Shown here: piece after piece, positions 25,369 to 29,286 of the stretch
Layout of the letters: the number at the start of each line of letters is the position of its first letter
Position numbering within the stretch: position 1 is the stretch's first letter
From: a virus
Taxonomy: Duplodnaviria; Caudoviricetes
Reading direction: 5' to 3' (one strand)
DNA: 29,286 nt
IMG/VR virus record: IMGVR_UViG_3300033406_000036
Coordinates: 1 to 29,286 of that record
Notes under the pieces: generated by a model
Database searches by the model: none
The model's input: only the letters and a program-made list of their open reading frames with translations
Told to the model about the DNA's origin: nothing
Translations under genes and position numbers: made by a program

Positions 25369-27906
25369 ATAAGGTACTTGGGAAAGTAACCTCATAATCT
25401 CTTCTTGGGGTACGGGCTTGCTTGCTAAATAGCCTTGAAATTCATCACACTGATAGTGTTTGAGATATTCTAATTGTTCATTTTTCTCTACACCTTCTGC
25501 AATAACCCGTAAACCCATCTGTTTCGCAATCATGATGATAGTGCCAGTTATACATTCTCTGCCATTACCATTTGAAATATCAGCAACAAATGTCTTATCG
25601 ATTTTCAATACATCAATCGGTAATTGCCGTAAGTATGTAAGCGATGAATAGCCGCACCCGAAATCATCCAGTGCTATTCGTATTCCCTTACTTCTGATTT
25701 GCACTAGAGTTTGGATAATTTGCTCAAAAGATTCAATTAGTATGGATTCGGTAATCTCTATCAGCAGATAATTTGGCGGAAGTTCTGTTGTATCCAGTAG
25801 GTCGGTTATCATTTGAGTAAAGTTTTTCTGAAAAAGTTGTACTGCAGAAACATTAACGGAGATATGAAAATCCCGATGGCCTTGATGGTAAAGCTCTGAT
25901 GCAAATTTACAGGCAGTTTGCATAACCCATGTTCCAATTTCAATCATTTTTCCGGATTCTTCGGCGATACTGATAAACTTATCTGGTGTGATAATGCCTT
26001 TGACTGGGTGTTTCCAGCGAATAAGGGCTTCTAAACCTGTTATACCAGCTGAACAAACATCAATTAATGGTTGATAATACAAGATAAATTCGTTATGTTC
26101 AATCGCTTTATGCAGATCATTCAGTATTTTAATTCTTTTCAGAACGGCTTCTCCCATCGCCATATCATAGAAAGTATATATGCTTTTCCCAATTTCCTTC
26201 GAGCGATACATCGCATTATCTGCATTCTTCAGTAGCTCATCAAAGTTACTTCCATTTTCAGAATAAAATGCAATCCCAATACTTGTACTAACATGGAAAA
26301 AACTATTCTCTATATAATAAGGTTCTGAAAGCACTTGCAGAATTTTTTTGGCAACTTTTTCAGCTTGTATTCTGTCTTTAGCATTGTGGCATATTAGGAT
26401 AAACTCATCACCACCAATCCTAAATATCATACATTCGTTCTTTTCCATTTCACGTAAACGATTTGCTACAGCTAATAACAGCTTGTCCCCGATTGAATGT
26501 CCAAAAGAATCATTAACAATTTTAAAATTGTCCAAATCTATATAAAACAAAGCAAAGATAGTATGGTTTTTCGCACCATTTTGAATTATGGTATTTAATT
26601 TTTCCTGAAATAGTACTCGGTTGGGAAGACCTGTAATTGTATCATAATATGCAAGTTTATTGATTTGTTCTTTCCGTTCTGTCAATTCATTGAGGTTTTG
26701 TCGTAATGTTTCGTCCGTTGCCGCTATTTCTTCGTAAAGTGAAGTAAGTTCTTTGTTATTTTCTCTTAATCGTTTTTCTACTTTTTTCCTTAATTTTATA
26801 TTCAAAACAAGATAGCCGATCATAATCAGAAGCAGTGCGAATACCGTGATAATTGTAAAGATCTGAAACTTGTATGCTTCGTAAAATGAAAAAGGTTTAT
26901 TTATAATTTTGCTATTTAGCGGCAGCCGTTCAAGCGGTATATTGAACCTTTTCAATACATCATTATCAAAACAATAATAAACAGATTTTTCGTCAACGAC
27001 AGGTATTGAATTAATATTTTCACCGCTTAGAATTCTTTTTGCCAGCCCCCCGGCCACTGAACCGTGAATTTTGGGACTGAGCAGACTGCCCCCAATACAT
27101 CCTTTCCCTACGAACAGTTCGCCAGTAGTAAAAATAGGTACTGAACTGGTTTTAATAAGCTTGGCATAATCATCCTGAGAAAGGCGCCGGCCTGATGCAT
27201 CCGTATTATATGCATCCATAATTATAATACTGCGTTGTGTATCTAGGTTTGATATTATTTGGCAAATAGCCTCTAACGAATATTGACTCAAGTCATGTTG
27301 TATAAGGCTATTATCAACAGTAGAACAAGCATTGCTCATTAATTTGCCAAAACCTATTCCGGTTTCCATTCTGTCATGAATTATGTATACTTCTTTCATA
27401 CCGGGTACAGCTCTTTGAGCTGCTCTAATAGTACCCTCTGGGTCGTTAGCTTCATAGACCCCCGTTACATGGTTAACACCTTTTACTAATGCATCTGCTG
27501 ATTCTTTTATCACACCACAAAACACAATCGGAGCATTAGAAAAAATTTCTTTTCTGTACTTTATAGCAAACTCTAATGCTGCGTCATCTGTTGTAACGAT
27601 TATGTCAATTTTTTCATTGGCATATTTAGATTTATAATATTCATATAAATGGTTTAAATAGGTTTGATTAGAATAACGCTTCCAGTCCATGTATTCGACA
27701 AACGTCGCCACATGATCGTCAGTACTAAAAGTATCTTGAAATCCCACATTCTGTCCGTCAGTCCAACTATATCCTTTACTATATGAATTAAGAATTAAGA
27801 CATTTTGGGAGGCTTGTTCTGCCCTAGCAGGGAGCTTTAAAAACAGACCACTAGACACCATAAGCAACAATAATATACATATTTTTAACTTTATATTCAT
27901 TCTCAA
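25360..27906 (-). CDS. Diguanylate cyclase/phosphodiesterase: extracytoplasmic substrate-binding-type sensor, TM, coiled coil, GGDEF and EAL
   Basis: Signal/TM; VLILNSY..Y.W and APIVFCG sensor motifs; YYDTITGLPNR, DLDNFKIVNDSFGH, RIGGDEF, LEALIRW and DDFGCGYSSL intact; AAAGGAG RBS. Confidence 0.93.
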   Translation of the reverse strand: MRMNIKLKICILLLLMVSSGLFLKLPARAEQASQNVLILNSYSKGYSWTDGQNVGFQDTFSTDDHVATFVEYMDWKRYSNQTYLNHLYEYYKSKYANEKIDIIVTTDDAALEFAIKYRKEIFSNAPIVFCGVIKESADALVKGVNHVTGVYEANDPEGTIRAAQRAVPGMKEVYIIHDRMETGIGFGKLMSNACSTVDNSLIQHDLSQYSLEAICQIISNLDTQRSIIIMDAYNTDASGRRLSQDDYAKLIKTSSVPIFTTGELFVGKGCIGGSLLSPKIHGSVAGGLAKRILSGENINSIPVVDEKSVYYCFDNDVLKRFNIPLERLPLNSKIINKPFSFYEAYKFQIFTIITVFALLLIMIGYLVLNIKLRKKVEKRLRENNKELTSLYEEIAATDETLRQNLNELTERKEQINKLAYYDTITGLPNRVLFQEKLNTIIQNGAKNHTIFALFYIDLDNFKIVNDSFGHSIGDKLLLAVANRLREMEKNECMIFRIGGDEFILICHNAKDRIQAEKVAKKILQVLSEPYYIENSFFHVSTSIGIAFYSENGSNFDELLKNADNAMYRSKEIGKSIYTFYDMAMGEAVLKRIKILNDLHKAIEHNEFILYYQPLIDVCSAGITGLEALIRWKHPVKGIITPDKFISIAEESGKMIEIGTWVMQTACKFASELYHQGHRDFHISVNVSAVQLFQKNFTQMITDLLDTTELPPNYLLIEITESILIESFEQIIQTLVQIRSKGIRIALDDFGCGYSSLTYLRQLPIDVLKIDKTFVADISNGNGRECITGTIIMIAKQMGLRVIAEGVEKNEQLEYLKHYQCDEFQGYLASKPVPQEEIMRLLSQVPYKN

Positions 27907-28052
27907 GGCTTGTAATTCTCCTTTACTCTGATGTCAAGAGAAAATACTTTAACAAACATTGGCATATAGGCCTGTTATTTCTTTTTATTTCGCATCGACG
28001 CGATGAATTTCCTGCAATTTCAAGCAATTAATAGACTATTAGAATGCACGAT

Positions 28053-28081
28053 AAAAAAATCAGCCCCTTGAGAGGCTGATT
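28053..28081 (-). terminator. thiC terminator
   Basis: Minus strand AATCAGCC..GGCTGATT-TTTTT. Confidence 0.7.
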
Positions 28082-28114
28082 GGAAAGGTTAAGCACATTG
28101 ATAAGCTTCAGGTA

Positions 28115-29286
28115 TTATATAATACTTAAATCTTCGCCGTTAAGAATCTTCTTCATATTTTTCATGGGGCACATTTTACCGCACATGGTACAGGTATCTT
28201 CGCATTCTGGTTTAGATTCTTCCCGGTACTTGCTTGCTTTTTCTGGGTCAATAGATAGTTCAATCATGCGAGGGAAGTCTACATCGGCTCGGGCAGTACT
28301 CATCTTATTGTCCCAGTCCCTTGCACCGGGAATGCCTTTGGCAATGTCAGCCGCATGGGCGGCAATACGGGCAGCAATAATGCCTTCTTTCATATCATCC
28401 AGGTTGGGTAAGCGAAGGTGCTCCGCCGGGGTAACATAACAGAGAAAGTCAGCACCGTTTGCCGCAGCAATGGCACCACCAATGGCGCTGGTGATATGGT
28501 CATAGCCGGGGGCAATATCAGTGACTAGTGGACCTAATACATAGAATGGGGCACCATGGCATAAACGTTTTTCTAGTTGCATGTTAGCGGCAATTTCATT
28601 AATTGCCATATGGCCGGGACCTTCGATCATGATTTGTACATTTCTGGCCCAGGCGCGTTTGGTTAATTCGCCGAGGGTAATGAGTTCTTCGATTTGCGCA
28701 GCATCGGTAGAGTCATTGATCGAACCTGGACGGCAGGCATCGCCTAAGCTGATGGTCACATCATATTTTTCACAGATGTCCAGCAGTCTGTCGTAATACT
28801 CATAGAATGGGTTTTCCTGGTCATTTAGTTCCATCCAGGCAAAAAGAAGCGAACCTCCCCGGGAAACAATGTTGGTGAGGCGCTTATTTTTTTTCACCCG
28901 TTCGGCTGTCTGACGGTTCATGCCACAATGGATGGTCATAAAATCTACACCGTCTTCGGCATGGCGTTCAACAACTGAGAAAAATTCATCGACAGTGATG
29001 TCTTTTAGATCCTTGTCAAGCATTCCTATAGCATCATACATAGGTACAGTACCAATCATGATCGGGGCCATTTCAATCAGCTTGCGTCGAAATTCCTGGG
29101 TTTTACCATAACAGCTCAAATCCATAATGGCTTCGGCTTTTAGGTCGATGGCTTTTTTTACTTTTTCTAGTTCAAGTTCAAGGTCACAGCAGTCTTTGGA
29201 AACGCCAAGGTTGACGTTGATTTTGGTACGAAGTTTTTCCCCGACTCCTTTGGGGCTGAGACTGGTATGCTGCTTATTGGCAGGAA
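28115..29286 (-). CDS. thiC: Phosphomethylpyrimidine synthase (5' end outside window)
   Basis: Frame is open to the window edge ([15 protein letters not shown]); [36 protein letters not shown] and CTMCGKMC Fe-S motif. Confidence 0.92.
   Translation of the reverse strand, partial: PANKQHTSLSPKGVGEKLRTKINVNLGVSKDCCDLELELEKVKKAIDLKAEAIMDLSCYGKTQEFRRKLIEMAPIMIGTVPMYDAIGMLDKDLKDITVDEFFSVVERHAEDGVDFMTIHCGMNRQTAERVKKNKRLTNIVSRGGSLLFAWMELNDQENPFYEYYDRLLDICEKYDVTISLGDACRPGSINDSTDAAQIEELITLGELTKRAWARNVQIMIEGPGHMAINEIAANMQLEKRLCHGAPFYVLGPLVTDIAPGYDHITSAIGGAIAAANGADFLCYVTPAEHLRLPNLDDMKEGIIAARIAAHAADIAKGIPGARDWDNKMSTARADVDFPRMIELSIDPEKASKYREESKPECEDTCTMCGKMCPMKNMKKILNGEDLSII

Noticed and set aside
28115-29286. 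bzaA/bzaB/bzaF paralog rather than thiC; TPP riboswitch
   Set aside because: Motifs fit canonical ThiC and no cobalamin genes are adjacent, though this is not fully excluded; the leader lies outside the window

Overview
Positions 1 to about 25324 are the right-hand half of a temperate siphophage prophage. The host is inferred to be a spore-forming diderm Firmicute (Negativicutes/Sporomusaceae-like), from strong GGAGG RBSs, a Firmicute LexA box, sigH-like promoters, a catalytic-only endolysin and a spanin-like gene. Gene order: tape-measure C-terminus; a moron with its own promoter and terminator; a tail-tip module (four paralogous virion proteins, DUF2163/BR0599 hub, Phage-tail_3 tip, coiled-coil fibre, SPRY/Ig receptor-binding protein); a lysis cassette (holin, coupled 29-aa microprotein, GH25 endolysin, 54-aa membrane peptide, and an inner-membrane-anchored coiled-coil protein ending in an OMP-type beta-signal). 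A ~7 kb cargo tail follows: a broken sigma-70 factor, two proteins with different N-terminal domains and a shared C-terminal domain, a P63C protein, a RexAB-like soluble + 4-TM pair, a D-armless tRNA-fMet relic, an SOS-box gene remnant, a zinc-ribbon peptide, SieB and a YjcZ-like peptide. The cargo cassettes are separated by copies of one hairpin family. The prophage appears to end at a duplicated tRNA-Leu-type 3' end (GTCCTCGGCACCA, 25312-25324). Beyond it are host genes on the minus strand: a sensor-GGDEF-EAL protein and a 5'-truncated thiC. Family names come from recognising motifs by eye; no searches were run.
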